This document shows, in pieces, positions 39,488-52,233 of a DNA stretch of 64,000 nucleotides. This DNA comes from Felis catus (Eukaryota): positions 24,120,001 through 24,184,000 of the forward strand of contig NC_058368.1 of NCBI RefSeq assembly GCF_018350175.1. The letters run 5' to 3'. Under the pieces are notes generated by a model. That model did not search any database, was not told the origin of the DNA, and worked only from the letters and a program-made list of their open reading frames with translations. The stretch's first letter is position 1; every line of letters begins with the position of its first letter. Both the position numbers and the translations under genes were made by a program.

Positions 39488-40871
39488 GTAGGATTTTTTT
39501 TTCTATTTCTACAAAATATATCATTGGGATTTTGATAGGGATTGCATTGAATGTGCAAACTCTTTGGGTAGTATGGATGCTTTAAGTCCTCCAGTCCATG
39601 AACACAGGTAACTTATTTATGTCTTAAAATTTCTATCAACAATGTTCTCTAAGTTTTCAATACACAAGTCTGTCACCTCCTTGGTTAACATTATTCCTAA
39701 ATACTTTTTCCTTTCTTACGCTATAATTGAGGGTTTTTTCCTTAACTTCTCAGATTGTTCTTTAGTATATAGAAATACAAGTAATTTTTCTATGTTGACC
39801 TTGTATCTGACAACTTCGCTGAATTAGGTCCAATAGTTTTTTATGGGGTCTTCAGGGCTTTTTACATATGCCATCTGTGAATAATGGTATCTATACTTAT
39901 TTTGTTCAGTAGTATGTTGAATAGAACTAGCAAAAGTAGGTGTCCTTAACTTGTTCCTGATCTTACAAGAAAAGCTTTCAGTTTTTCACCAAGTATGCAA
40001 TTATCATGGGATTTTAACGTATGGCTTTTGTTATGTTTAAGTAATTTCATTCTATTCCTACTTCGAGTGTTTTAACTTGAAAGGATGGTATATTTTGTCA
40101 TTTGCTTTTTCTGTATCTATTGCCATGTGATTTTTTTTAGCCTTCATTCTGTTCACATGGTATGATTGATTTCCATATATTGAAGACTCTTTGCATCCCA
40201 GAGATAAATCCCACAAGATCATGCTGTATGACCCATTAAATGTGATATTGAAATCCGTTTGCTAGTATTTCATTGACAAGTTTTACATGAGCATTCATCA
40301 GGTATCATGCACGCGCACACGTGCATGGGCGCACGCACAGGTGCACACACACGTACACACACAGACCTTTGGCTTTGTAAGCAGGATGATAGCCTTATGA
40401 AATGAGTTTAAAAGCATTTTTTTTCTTGGCAAGAGTTTAAGAATGACTTGCATTAATGCTTCTTTAAATGGTTGGTGTATTTCTCCAATGAAGACATCTG
40501 GTCCCAGGCTTTTACTGTGGAAAGATTTTTGATTACTGAAATAATCTCCTTACTAGTTATACGTTTCTTCGGATTTTCTTTTTCTTCATAATTTAGTCTT
40601 GGTAGTTTGCTTATTTCTAGGCATTTTTTTCCTGTAGACTTTCCAATTTCCTGTCTTCAATTTTTCATAAGTCTTCTAATTCTTTCATTTTTATGAATCA
40701 TTTTTATGCTTCTGCTTTCATTTCTGATTTTGAGTCTCATTTTCTTGATTCATTTTTATCAAAGAACCAACTCTTAGTTTTATTGACCTTTTCTATGTAA
40801 TTCCGTTTCATTTATGCTCTGATTTCCTTCTACTAATTTTGAACTTAGCTTATTTGTTTATAAGTATATAT

Positions 40872-43800
40872 TGTTTTTTATTTAAATAGTTAACAGATAG
40901 CATAATAATCATTTCAGGAATAGAGTTTAGTGACTGATCACTTATATTTAACACCAAGTGCTTATCCCAACAAGTGTCCTTGATGTCCATCACCCCTTTA
41001 TCCCATTCCCCCACCCATCTTCCCTCCAGCACCCCTCAGTTTGTTCTTTCTCTTTGTCCTATGGTTTGCCTCTCTCCCTGTTTTTATATTATTTTTGCTT
41101 CCCTTATGTACATCTGTTTTGTATCTTAAATTCCACATGAGTGCTATCACATGATACTTGTCTTTATCTGATTTGTTTCGCTTAGCATAATACACTCTAG
41201 TTCCATCCATGTAGTTGCAAATGGCAAGATTTCATTATTTTTTATTGCTGAGTAAAATACCTTTGTATATATATACCACAACTTCTTTATCCATTCATCT
41301 GTCAATGGACATTTGGACTCTTTCCATACCTTGGCTATTGTTGATAGTGCTGCTATAAACATGGGGGTGCATGTGCCCCTTCAAAACAGCATTCCTTTAT
41401 CCTTTGGCTAAATTCCTAGTGGTACAATTGCTGGGTTATAAGGTAGTCCTATTTTTAATTTTTTGAAGAACCTCCATACTGTTTTCCAGAGTGGCTGCAC
41501 CAGTTTGCATTCCCATCAACCAGGCAAAAGTGTTCCTCTTTTTCACACCCTTGCCAACATTTGTTGTTGCCTGAGTTGTTAATTTTAGCACACCATTCTA
41601 ACAGGTGCGAGGTGGTATCTCATTGAGATTTTTATTTGTATTTTCCTGATGAGTGATATTGAGCATTTTTTCATGTGTCTGTTAGCCTTCTGGATGTGCC
41701 TTCGTTGGAAAAGTGTCTATTCATGTCTTCTGCTCATTCATTCACTGGAATATTTGTTTTTGCGTGTTGAGTTTGGTAGGTTCTTTAGACATTTTGGATA
41801 CTAGCCCTTATGTACTATGTCATTTGCAAATATCTTCTCCCATTCTGTAGGCTGCCTTTTAGTTTTCTTGTTTCTTTTGCTGTGTGGAAGATTTTTATCT
41901 CAATGATGTCCCAGTAGTTCATTTTTGCTTCTGTTTCTCTTGCATCCAGAGACATGTCAAGTAAGAAGTTGCTGCAGCTGAGGTCAAGGGGGTTGTTTCC
42001 TGTTTTGTCCTCTAGGATTTTGATGGCTGCCTGTCTTACATTTAGGTCTTTCATCCACTTTGAATTTATTTTTGTGTATGGTGTAAGAGAGTGGTCCAGG
42101 TTTCCAACACTATTTGAGACTGTCTTCATTCCATTGGATATTCTTTCCTGCTTTGTCAAAGATCAGTTGGCCATACGTTTGTGGGTCCATTTCTGGGTTT
42201 TCTATTCTGTTCTATTGATCTGAGTGTCTGTTTTTGTACCAGTACCATAATGTCTTGATTATAGCTTTGTAATACAGCTTCAAGTCCAGGATTGTGATGC
42301 CTCCAGCATTCATTTTCTTATTCAGGATTGCTTTGGCAATTTGGGGTCTTTTCTGGTTCCATACAAATTTTAGGATTGTTCTAAACTCTGTAAAGAAGGC
42401 TGGTATTATTTTGATAGATATTGCATTGAATATGTATATTGTTTGGGGTAGTTTTGACGTTTTAACAATATTTGTTCCTCTGATCCATGAGTACGGAACA
42501 TTTTTCCATTTTTTGTGTGTGTCTTGCATCTCTTTAATAAGCTTTCTATAGTTTTCTGTGTATATATTTTTTTGCCTCTTTGGTTAGATTTATTCCTAGG
42601 TGTTTTATGGGTTTTTGTGCAATTATAAATGGAATCGATTCCTTGAGATCTCTGTTGCTCCATTATTGGTGTATGGAAATGCAACCAGTTTCTCTACATT
42701 GATTTTATATCATACAAATTTGCTGAATTCAAAAATCAGTTCTAGCAGTTTTTTGGTGGAGACTTTTGGGTTTTCCACATACGTATCATGTCATCTGCGA
42801 AGAGTCAAAGTTTGACTTCCTCCTTGCCTATTTGGATCCTTTTGTGTCTTTTGAGTTGCCTGATTGCCAAGGCTAGGACTTCCGACAGTATGTTAAATAA
42901 CAGTGGTGAGAGTGGACATCCTTGTCGTGTTCCTCATCTTAGGGGAAAAGCTCTCAGTTTTCCCCTGTTAAGGATATTAGCAGTGGGTCTTTCATATATG
43001 GCCTTTATGATCTTGAGGTATGATCCTTCTATCCCTACTTTCTTGACAGTTTTTATCAAGTAAGGATGCTGTATTTTGTCAAATGCTTTCTCTGCATCTA
43101 TTGAGCATTATGTGGCTCTTAATCTTTCATTAATGTGATGTATCACATTGATTTATTTGCAGATATTGAACCAGCCCTGCATCCCAGGTATAAATCCCAC
43201 TTGGTCGTGGTAATTTTTTAATATATCAGTGGATCCAGTTTGCTAGTATCTTGTTGCCATTTTTTGCATCCATCAGGGAAATCGGTCTGTAGTTATCCTT
43301 TTTAGTGGGGTCTTGGGATTTAGCATCAAGGTAATGTTGGCTTCATAAAATGAATTTGGAATTTTCCTTCAATTTCTATTTTTTGGAACAGCTTTCAAAT
43401 AGTAGGTTTTAACTCTGCTTTAGACATTTGGTAGAATTTCCTTGGGAAGCCATCTGGCTCTGGACTCGTTTGTTGGGAGATTTTTATTTTTGATTCAATT
43501 ACCTTACTGATTATGGGTCTCTTCAAATTTTCTCTTTCTTCCTGCCTCACTTTTGGTAGTTTTGTTTCTAGGAATTTGTCCACCTCTTCCAGATTATCCA
43601 ACTTGTTGGCATATAATTGCTTATAATATTCTATTTTTGTTTGTATTTCTACAGTGTTGGTATTATCTCTTTCACTTGTGAATTTATTTACTTGGGTCAT
43701 TTCTCTTTTTCTTTTTGATCAATCTGGCTAGCAGTTTATCAATTCTGTTACTTCTTTCAAAGAACCAGCTCGTTTTCATTGATCTGTTACTTTTTATTAT

Positions 43801-46343
43801 TTTGATATCATTGATTTCTGCTCTAATCTTTATTATTTCCCTCCTACTGGTTTTAGCTTTTTTGTTATTTTTCCAGATCTTTTAAGTGTAAGATTAATTT
43901 GTGTATTTGAGACCTTTCTTCCCTCATTAAGAAGGCCTGGATTGCTACATACTTCCCTTATGACTGCCGTTGCTGCATCCAAGAGATTTGGGGTTGTCAT
44001 GTTTTCCTTTTCATTGGCTTCCATGTACTTTTAATTTCCTCTTTAATATTCTTTAGTAGGATGTTCTTTAATTTCCAAGTATACATGGTCTTTCCAAATT
44101 TTTCTTGTGGTTGATTTTGAGTTTCACAGCATTGTGATCTGAAAATATGCAAGGTATCATCTCAATCTTTTGTACTTGTTGAGGGCTGATTTGTGACCGA
44201 GTATGTAATGTATTCTGGAAAATGTTCCATGTGAACTCACAAAGTACGTGTATTCTGTTGCTTTAGGATGAAATCTTCTCAATGTATCTGTTAAATCTTT
44301 CTGGTCCACTGTGTCACTTAGACTCATTGTTTCCTTGTTTATTTTCTGCTTAGATTATCTGTCCATTGCTTTAAGTGGGGTGAAGTCCCCTACTATTTAT
44401 GGTATTATCAATGAGTTTCTTTGCATTTGTAATTGGTTTATATATTTCGATGCTTTCAAGTTGGGGGCATACGTATTTACAATTGTTAGATCTTCTTGGT
44501 GGATAGATCTCTTAATTATGATACAATGACCTTATTCATCTGTTACAGTCTTTATTTTAAAATCTAGTATGTTTGATCTAAGTATGGCTACTCCAGCTTT
44601 GATGACAATTAGCATGGTAGATAGCTCTCCATCCCCTTTCCATTTGTGAGTGTCTTTACATATAAAATTAGTCTCCTGTCAGCAGCATATAAAAGGGGCT
44701 TGTTTTCTTTTCCATTCTGATACCTTAGGTCTTTTGATTGGAATGTTTAGTTTATTGACTTCTAGAGTGAGTTCTAAAAGATGAATTTAGTGCCACTTTG
44801 TTGCCTGGAGAGTTGGAGTTTTTGGTTATGTTCTCTGGTCCTTTCTAGTCTTTGTTGTTTTTGTCTTTTTTTTCTTTTCTCCAAAGAGTCCCACTTAAAA
44901 TTCCTTGCAGGGCTGACTGAATGACCACAAACTGCTTTAGTTTTTGTGTGTCCAGGAAACTCAATCTCATTCTATTTTGAATGACAGCCTTGCTGGATCA
45001 AGCACTCTCATTTTCACATTTTTCAGATTCAGTACTATGAATATATCCTGCCCCTCCTTCCTGGCCTGCCAATTCTCTGTGGATACATCTGCTGCAAACA
45101 TGATCTGTCTTCCCTAAAGAGGTTAAGGACTTTTTTGCCCTTGCTTTCATAATTCTTTGTGTATTTTGTGAATTTGACTATGATATGCCTTGTGCTAGTC
45201 TTCTAGGGGATGTGCTTGGAGGCTGCAATTGGGCAGAGCTTGGTTTAACAACTCCATTTTCCACTTATTAGCTTACTGGGGTGGATCAGTGTGGCATGCA
45301 TGCACACGTGCATATGTGGGAGAAGCGGCAATGGCTTCACCCAGCTCCCGAGTCTTTGGCATAGGAACTTTGCACCCTCACCTACCTTTGATCAAGCACC
45401 CCTCCTTTAACTCAGGCCTTTTTCCATTCCCTACCTCTACCCTATCCATGCCCAAGGTGTCTGCCTGCCACATGGTTTTATCCAGAGTTTTATCTCAGAT
45501 GGGGTTGTCTCTCACAACTCCATACTTCAAAGACCCTGCAACTTGGACCCCCCACCAACTCTCTGGGGGAGAGTCTTGCTAAGCAATGGCCTGGTGCCAT
45601 CTTGCCCCAGAAAATGTTCATTAGATCACACAGTGGTAGAGGTTTGGAGATTGTGGCATATCACAACAAACAGCTGGCACCAGGTTTCACCACACTTTGG
45701 CATCTTTGTTCCAATAGCAGCAAATGTGGCTGTTCTCTGGGGTCCACTGGAACCTTTGCCTGTGGGTAGGCTGTATGGCCTCTACCAAATGCTATCCCAA
45801 CAGGGGAACTGCTTCTCCCCATGTGGCACATGGACCCCTCAGACCCCACTGCCTGCCTCTGGGAGTTTGCCCTACTTCTTCACCAGAGCATCCCCAGGCA
45901 CTGAGCCCTAGAATTTCCAACTCTGCCCTCCACTCTTTATAGAACTCTGGTGGTGTTGAAACCTTCTCTTTTCTTCCCAACAATGGTTTTGCGGAACAGA
46001 TTTTTTGTTCAGTCCCCTGCAAGCATTTTCAGTCTTTCTCTCCAACTACTTTCAGGGGGAGTGCATTTCTTGCACAATCCCAACATCCCTCTCTCTCAGC
46101 CTTTTGCTCTGTTCTCTCTCCATAGTAACAGCTCCCTACCCTCCACGGCTTTTCTCTCCCCCAGTTCACCTCTCTGTACCACATGCTGGCCAACTTTTGC
46201 GGGTCAAGTTACAAGGATTGTTACATTAATCTTCAAATCAATTTCCCAGGTATTCCAAAATGGCTTGGTGCTGATCTAGCTGCATTTCAGGGACAAGACA
46301 AGCTCAGGCTCTTCATACAGCTCTGCCATCCTAACTTCTCCTC
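40872..46343 (-). mobile_element. Carnivore LINE-1 with intact 5' and 3' ends but the ORF1 N-terminal region deleted
   Basis: Minus-strand ORF2 fragments ([40 protein letters not shown]), 5'UTR at 45195-46343, and start 'gaggagaagttaggatggc' (reverse complement). Confidence 0.93.
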
Positions 46344-47525
46344 GTGCCTCCAGCTTGTTCTCTTTCTTGAAGTGCCCAGTTAGAATACTTGAGAGATCTC
46401 AACTTAGGTATTTATCACTATAAATTTTTATTTTATTACTGCTTTTCATGCATCCCAATATTTTGTTACCTTGTGTTTATCTTACCGTATCTTCTATTTT
46501 CTCTTTTGATTTCTTCTTTGGTTCATTTGTCGTTCAAGAATATGTTGTTTCATTTCCTCATATTTGTATTTTCTGGTTTTCTTCTGCTATTAGTTTTTAG
46601 TTTCATTCCATTGCAGTAGGGAGAAATACTTGGAAGGATTTTAGTCTTCTCACTAGTATTTTGTGACCTAATGTATCAACAATCTTGTAAAATATTTCAT
46701 TGGTGCAATGTTCTGTGTATGTGTGGACTGTTTGACCTATAACATGATTCATGCCGTCTATTTCCTTACTGACCCATCTGGATGCTCTAGCCACTATCTT
46801 AAGTGAAATTTTTCATGCTTTAATATGGAGTACATTTGTACTTGTTACAGCTTCCTAGTGAATTGGCTCTTTCAGTGGATTTTGTTCCTTGTTTAAGTTT
46901 TTGATTTAATCTACCTTGCTTGCTTTAACTTTGGCCATTACCACTCTTTTCTAGTTACCACTTACCAAAATATCTTGTTCCATCCTTTCACTTTTAGCCA
47001 ATACATGTCCTTAAGTCAAAAGTCAGTCTTTTGCAGATAGTGTATATTTACAACTTATTTTTTTAATCCAAATAATCTTTGTTTGTGGCATTTAATTCAT
47101 TTGCATTTAAGCTAATTACTGTTAAGGGAGAATATACTATTATCATTTTGTTATTCTCTTATAGTTCTTGCATCTTCTTTTCCTCTCAAAGTCTGTCTTC
47201 CTTTGTGCGTTCCTTTTTCTGTAGTGTCACCCTTTGATTCCATTCTCATTTTCTTTTTTGAATCTTCTATAAGTATGTTGTGTTATATGAGCCCTCTGGC
47301 AACCAAGATCTATTTTAAGCTGGTAACTTAATATTAATCACATTGAAAAAAAATTCTAACTCTGCTCATACTGTTACTAATGTCACAAATTGCATTTTTT
47401 ATATCCTATCCATTAACATTTTTATAGTTTTATCTTCTAGGGTTTTTATCTTGTAAATTCTACATGACCATTAGAAGTGGTTTACATACCAGTATTATAG
47501 TGTTCTCTATTTGTCTATTTACTTT

Positions 47526-48015
47526 TCTTTTTAAATATGATATTTATTGTCAAACTGGTTTCTATACAACACCCAGTGCTCATCCCAACAGGTGCCCTCC
47601 TCAATGCCCATCCCCCACTTTCCCCTGCCTCCCACCCCCCCATCAACCCTCAGTTTATTCTCAGTTTTTAAGAGTCTCTTCTGGTTTTCTTCCTTCCCTA
47701 ACTTTTTTAACCCCTTTCCCCCTTTCCATGGTCTTCTGTTAAGTTTCTCAGGATCCACATAACAGTGAAAATATATGGTATCTATCTTTCTCTGTATGAC
47801 TTATTTCACTTAGCATAACACTCTCCAGTTCCATCCACATTGCTACAAAAGGTCGTTTTTCATTCTTTCTCATTGCCAAGTAGTATTCCATTGTATATAT
47901 AAACCACAACTTCTTTATCCATTCAGTTGATGGATACCAGATGGCCAACAGGCACATGAAAAGATGCTCAACATCACTCTTCATCAGAGAAATACAAATC
48001 AAAATCACAATGAAA
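47526..48015 (-). mobile_element. 5'-truncated, 5'-inverted felid L1 (twin priming)
   Basis: Minus-strand 3' end at 47526-47934 fused to a plus-strand ORF2 piece at 47935-48015; TSD 'tgt(c/a)tatttacttt' at 47512-47525 and 48016-48029. Confidence 0.9.
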
Positions 48016-51000
48016 TGTATATTTACTTTCAACAGTGAGCTTTATGGTCTCATGTCCAGTCTAGAATCCTCAATATCAACTTGAGGGACTTCCTTTATAG
48101 CCTTTCTTTTAAACCATGTCTCTTCATAATAAAATGCCTCATGTTTAGTTTCTCTGGAAAAGCCTTTATCTCTCCATTTTTAGAAGAATTTTGCTACATA
48201 TAGTATTCTTGGCTCAAAATGTTTATCAGCACTTCGAATGTAAGATCTCACTGCCTTCTGGCCTGCAAAGTATATACAGGAAAAAAAAATCCACACGTAG
48301 TTTTATGGAGTCTCCTTCCTATCAGGCTACTTTTACTTGTAAGATTTTTGGTTTTTGACAACTTGATTGCAAGAGGTTTCAGCATGAACTATGTTTTCAT
48401 CCTAGTTGAACATCTATGTATGGAATTCTTGAATTTGAACGTGTATCTCCTCCAGATTTGGGCAGTTTTCAGCCATTATTTATTCAAATAATCTTTCTGC
48501 CCTCCCCCCCCCTTCTGGGACTTCTACAATGCATATATTGGTTTACCTAGTGTTCTTCACTCTGCTGTTTGCTTCCCTTTTATTTTTGTTCTTCTTATTG
48601 GGTAATTACAAATGACCTATCTTGGACTTTACCAGATCCTTCATCTGATCAAATCTGTTGAATTTCTCTGGTGAATTTTTAAATTCAGCTATTTCTGTAG
48701 CTCCACATTATTTTTTCATCTTCTCTTTGCTTATGCTCTTACTTTGTTCATGCATTGTTTTTTTCAAGTTTATTGACCATCTTTAGGTCATCATGAGGTG
48801 TTCGGTAATTCATTTTCCTCCATTTCTTTGGGATTGTTTTCTGGAGACTTGCCTTGTGCCTTTGGCCATATCTCCACCTTTTTTCATATGCCTTACAACT
48901 TGTTAGGATTCACACTTTGAAAAAAAAAAAAAGAGCCAACTCTCCCAGTCCTTAGGGTCCATCTAAACAGGGGCAAAGATTCACCAATTCACTATTTGGC
49001 CTGGCTAAAGATTGTGGGGACCTTTCAAACCTTTTCTGTCAGTATGGTTATTCCCTGCATTTTTACATGTAAATTATGAATTAGAGGGATATTCCAGTTC
49101 ACCCCCACCCCTCCCCGCAGGAGCTCATTTTCTCTTCCTTCCTCTGGAGTCCGTCTATGCAGCTGCAGTTTCTCTGGAGATCCCCTACCCACCCAGCAGT
49201 TTTTTGTTTCTATGGCTCCAAGTTTCTAGAGTATGCCAGGCCCCAACAGTGCTCCAAGTCAGATGAGACCAAAATCAGTCCCTCAGGCAACTGCTTAAAA
49301 AGCTGTAATAATAAATGCACAATCTACCCCTTTCTCCCTACTCTCCCACAAAGGAGAGGTCAAATTTCATTAGTTTCTGTTTGCTCTACTTCACATCATC
49401 TTCAACAACAAGCTCTATAGTGCTCCTGTTCTCAGTGACATCTAGATAATCCTAAGTATGCCAGGTTCTACCCATGCTCTTAGTTCAATCAGACAAACCA
49501 GTCCCCTCATATATCCCCCTAAAATACTGAAATGTCGTATTCATGTGCCAACTCTCTCTCCCCCCACAGAGAAGGTGGAGTTGCAAGTTTTCTCACATTC
49601 ATTCCATACTGAGTCAGGGGGAGAGACTATAGAAGGTCTTAGTTCAAACCATCACTTTTGTTCTCAGCTGCCCCCAAGCTTTGGCTCTTTCAGGTCAATA
49701 CTTAGATTCAGGCAACACAAAAACCAGTTCCTCCAGTACCTCCTCAATATATCTGTATATTTGATATACAGTCTGGTATTGTGTGTTTCCCTATACAAGA
49801 AGCCAGGGTGTGGGAGTTTTCTCCTGATAACACTACAGAGCTATGGGGACCAGAAGACAAACTGAGTGCCATGAATTCTATAGACCTTGAAGCAGTTGGT
49901 TTCATGCTCACCTGGAATGCAGGTGCCTCTTAACTAATTTCTGGAGGTATCACAAAGGAAATTGGTACAACCGTGTCTCTTTTGTGGAGAAGTGAAGTAT
50001 GGGGCTTCTACCCTCTTTCTAATGTCACTCCTACGTCATGTCCTCCCAGTGGAGCTATGGATGTAACCCTACATGCTCAACTACAATTTCTTCACCTATG
50101 AAATGCAAGCCTACACTGTATAATTTCCATGTCCTATAAAATCCCAACAACCTAAAAATTAAGATCTATGACCTAAGTTGAGAATAAAAAGTAGTCTATA
50201 ATGAAGGTGGACAAGCCATTACAACACATTGCCAAACCGATTTGTGAGATTTCTAAGTATGACAAACTTAGTAAATATCCTTTAAGTTTCTCCTCATAAT
50301 TAAATGTACTTCCCCTTTTTAAGTGCCTTTTCAACTTACATATACAAATCCAAATGTCTATTTTGTAGTTTACAAAGTTAGAAAATGGACTTTTATAGTA
50401 AAATAAAAATTCTCACCTGGAATTAGTAATTATAGGATTAGTAATAAAATGATAACAGTAACAGCTATCATGTTGATTAGTAATATCAATGCAACCATGG
50501 TGTGTGTATGTGTGTGTGTATGTAAATTGCAAATATTCCATCACAGATGCAAAGTTGTAATTGCATCCATTATCTTTGGTCCAATTTCTACCATGCTCAC
50601 CATTCTAGCAGCCTCTCAAATAGAAAAGCATGGGTCTCAAGCTTTCTCTGCTGGAAGCTAAGCAATATGAAATGTCAAACAGCTGCACACACTTCATTCC
50701 TCTTTTGTCTTTTATTATACACACAGTTTGGCCACTTTTAAAATAGATTAAATAAAGTCTAGCAGTAAATGAATTCTTGTTGACAAATACAATCATAATG
50801 CTCAATTGAACAAATTGTTTTTCCTGCCCTCCAACTGTTCCTAAAACAAGAAGCCACAGAAGTTATTTACCAGAAAAAAATATATACATATCAAGCCTAT
50901 GAGGACAAAGTTTTTTTATGTTATTCACCGATTTCCTTTCTGTTAAAAATAGGTATTTCCTAACATTTGGCAGAATGTGCAGAGTCCTACACAAAAAAAA

Positions 51001-51039
51001 AATGCCTACAAATTTCAACAAATATACAACTATTTTGGT

Positions 51040-51228
51040 TTTATAATGTTCATTTATTTTTGAGAGACAGAGTGTGATCAGAGGAGGGACAGAGAAGACA
51101 CATACACAGAACCAAAGCAGGCTCCAGGCTCTGAGCTGTCAGCACAGAGCCCAATGCAAGGCTCGAACCCACAAACCATGAAATGACTTGAAGTCACTGC
51201 TAAACCGACTGAGCCACCCAGGCGCCCC
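51040..51228 (-). mobile_element. Can-SINE
   Basis: Reverse SINEC ending 'ccaggcgcccc'. Confidence 0.92.
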
Positions 51229-51244
51229 TATAGTAATACTATTT

Positions 51245-51268
51245 CGCAGTCAAATGCTCTACCACTGA
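51245..51268 (-). pseudogene. Tailless retrocopy of a tRNA-Cys(GCA) 5' fragment
   Basis: Reverse complement TCAGTGGTAGAGCATTTGACTGC(G) matches nt 12-34 of mammalian tRNA-Cys-GCA as I recall it. Exact 16-bp direct repeats 'tatagtaatactattt' at 51229-51244 and 51269-51284. Confidence 0.8.
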
Positions 51269-51289
51269 TATAGTAATACTATTTTGGAT

Positions 51290-52080
51290 CAGACCTGAAT
51301 GGCAAGGAGACTATTCTTCAAAGTGTAAGGGCAAAGCATTTGAGACAGTAGTAGGTAGGACACACATTTGGGAGAATGAGGCTCAAAACACTTTAGGGGA
51401 AAAAATCAGAGTGGCTCAAGAGGCATCACATGTAGGGGAGAATGATAAAATTGAGATTGCAGATACAGATAGGAAGCAGGTCAGCCAGACATAACCTCTG
51501 TAAAGGAGTACCAATTTTATTCCATGAGGGTAGCAAGACATTTCAGAATTTTTTTTTTCAACGTTTATTTATTTTTGGGACAGAGAGAGACAGAGCATGA
51601 ACGGGGGAGAGGCAGAGAGAGAGGGAGACACAGAATCGGAAACAGGCTCCAGGCTCCGAGCCATCAGCCCAGAGCCCGACGCGGGGCTCAAACTCACGGA
51701 CCGCGAGATCGTGACCTGGCTGAAGTCGGACGCTTAACCGACTGCGCCACCCAGGCGCCCCGACATTTCAGAATTTTAAGGACAGTAACATCACCTGGCT
51801 GACATCAAAATTATCACTCCAGCTCTTATGTGGAGAACAGCTTGTGGACACTAGATATAGAGTGGGGGTAGAAGTTGCTAGACTGCGATAGGCCTTCAGA
51901 CAGAAGGTGGTGGCTGCTTAGAAGACGGTAGCAGTGGGAGCTGGGGCACAGAGCAGGTTAAGGATAGATTTTCAAAAACGCTGCTGATAGAGGTTTGTTG
52001 ATCAATTAGAGGAGATGGGGGGAAGAGAAAACAAGAATGAATCGTATGCTTTGGGCTTTGGTGGAGGAATTACATGTGCT
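51290..52080 (-). mobile_element. L2 fragment split by a SINE
   Basis: Purine-rich degenerate L2 ('atcactccagctcttatgtggagaacag', 'gtttgttgatcaattagag'). Confidence 0.6.
51553..51761 (-). mobile_element. Young SINEC_Fc
   Basis: Near consensus; exact TSD 'gacatttcagaatttt'. Confidence 0.97.
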
Positions 52081-52233
52081 AATAGAAGGTGGTTATCTGG
52101 AACAGTGGACCAAACATTAAAAATTAACTTTTGTGATGATTACTTTAAAATTCTGCCCTTAGGTTTTTAAAAAAATGACTGCCAAGTTTAGAAACATCTG
52201 GGTTAACTCAACTGTGTTAGAAAAAAGTTTTGT

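Larger units (their letters stand above)
37395..50032 (-). mobile_element. Full-length ancient LINE-1 (L1MA9/L1MB-like) fragmented by nested insertions
   Basis: 3' end 'cagatctctagaactttttcatcttgcat'. ORF2 remnants at 37600-40850 and 46350-47050, ORF1-like remnants at 48030-48950, and a 5' end 'ggggcttct...aatgtcactcc'. Confidence 0.75.
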
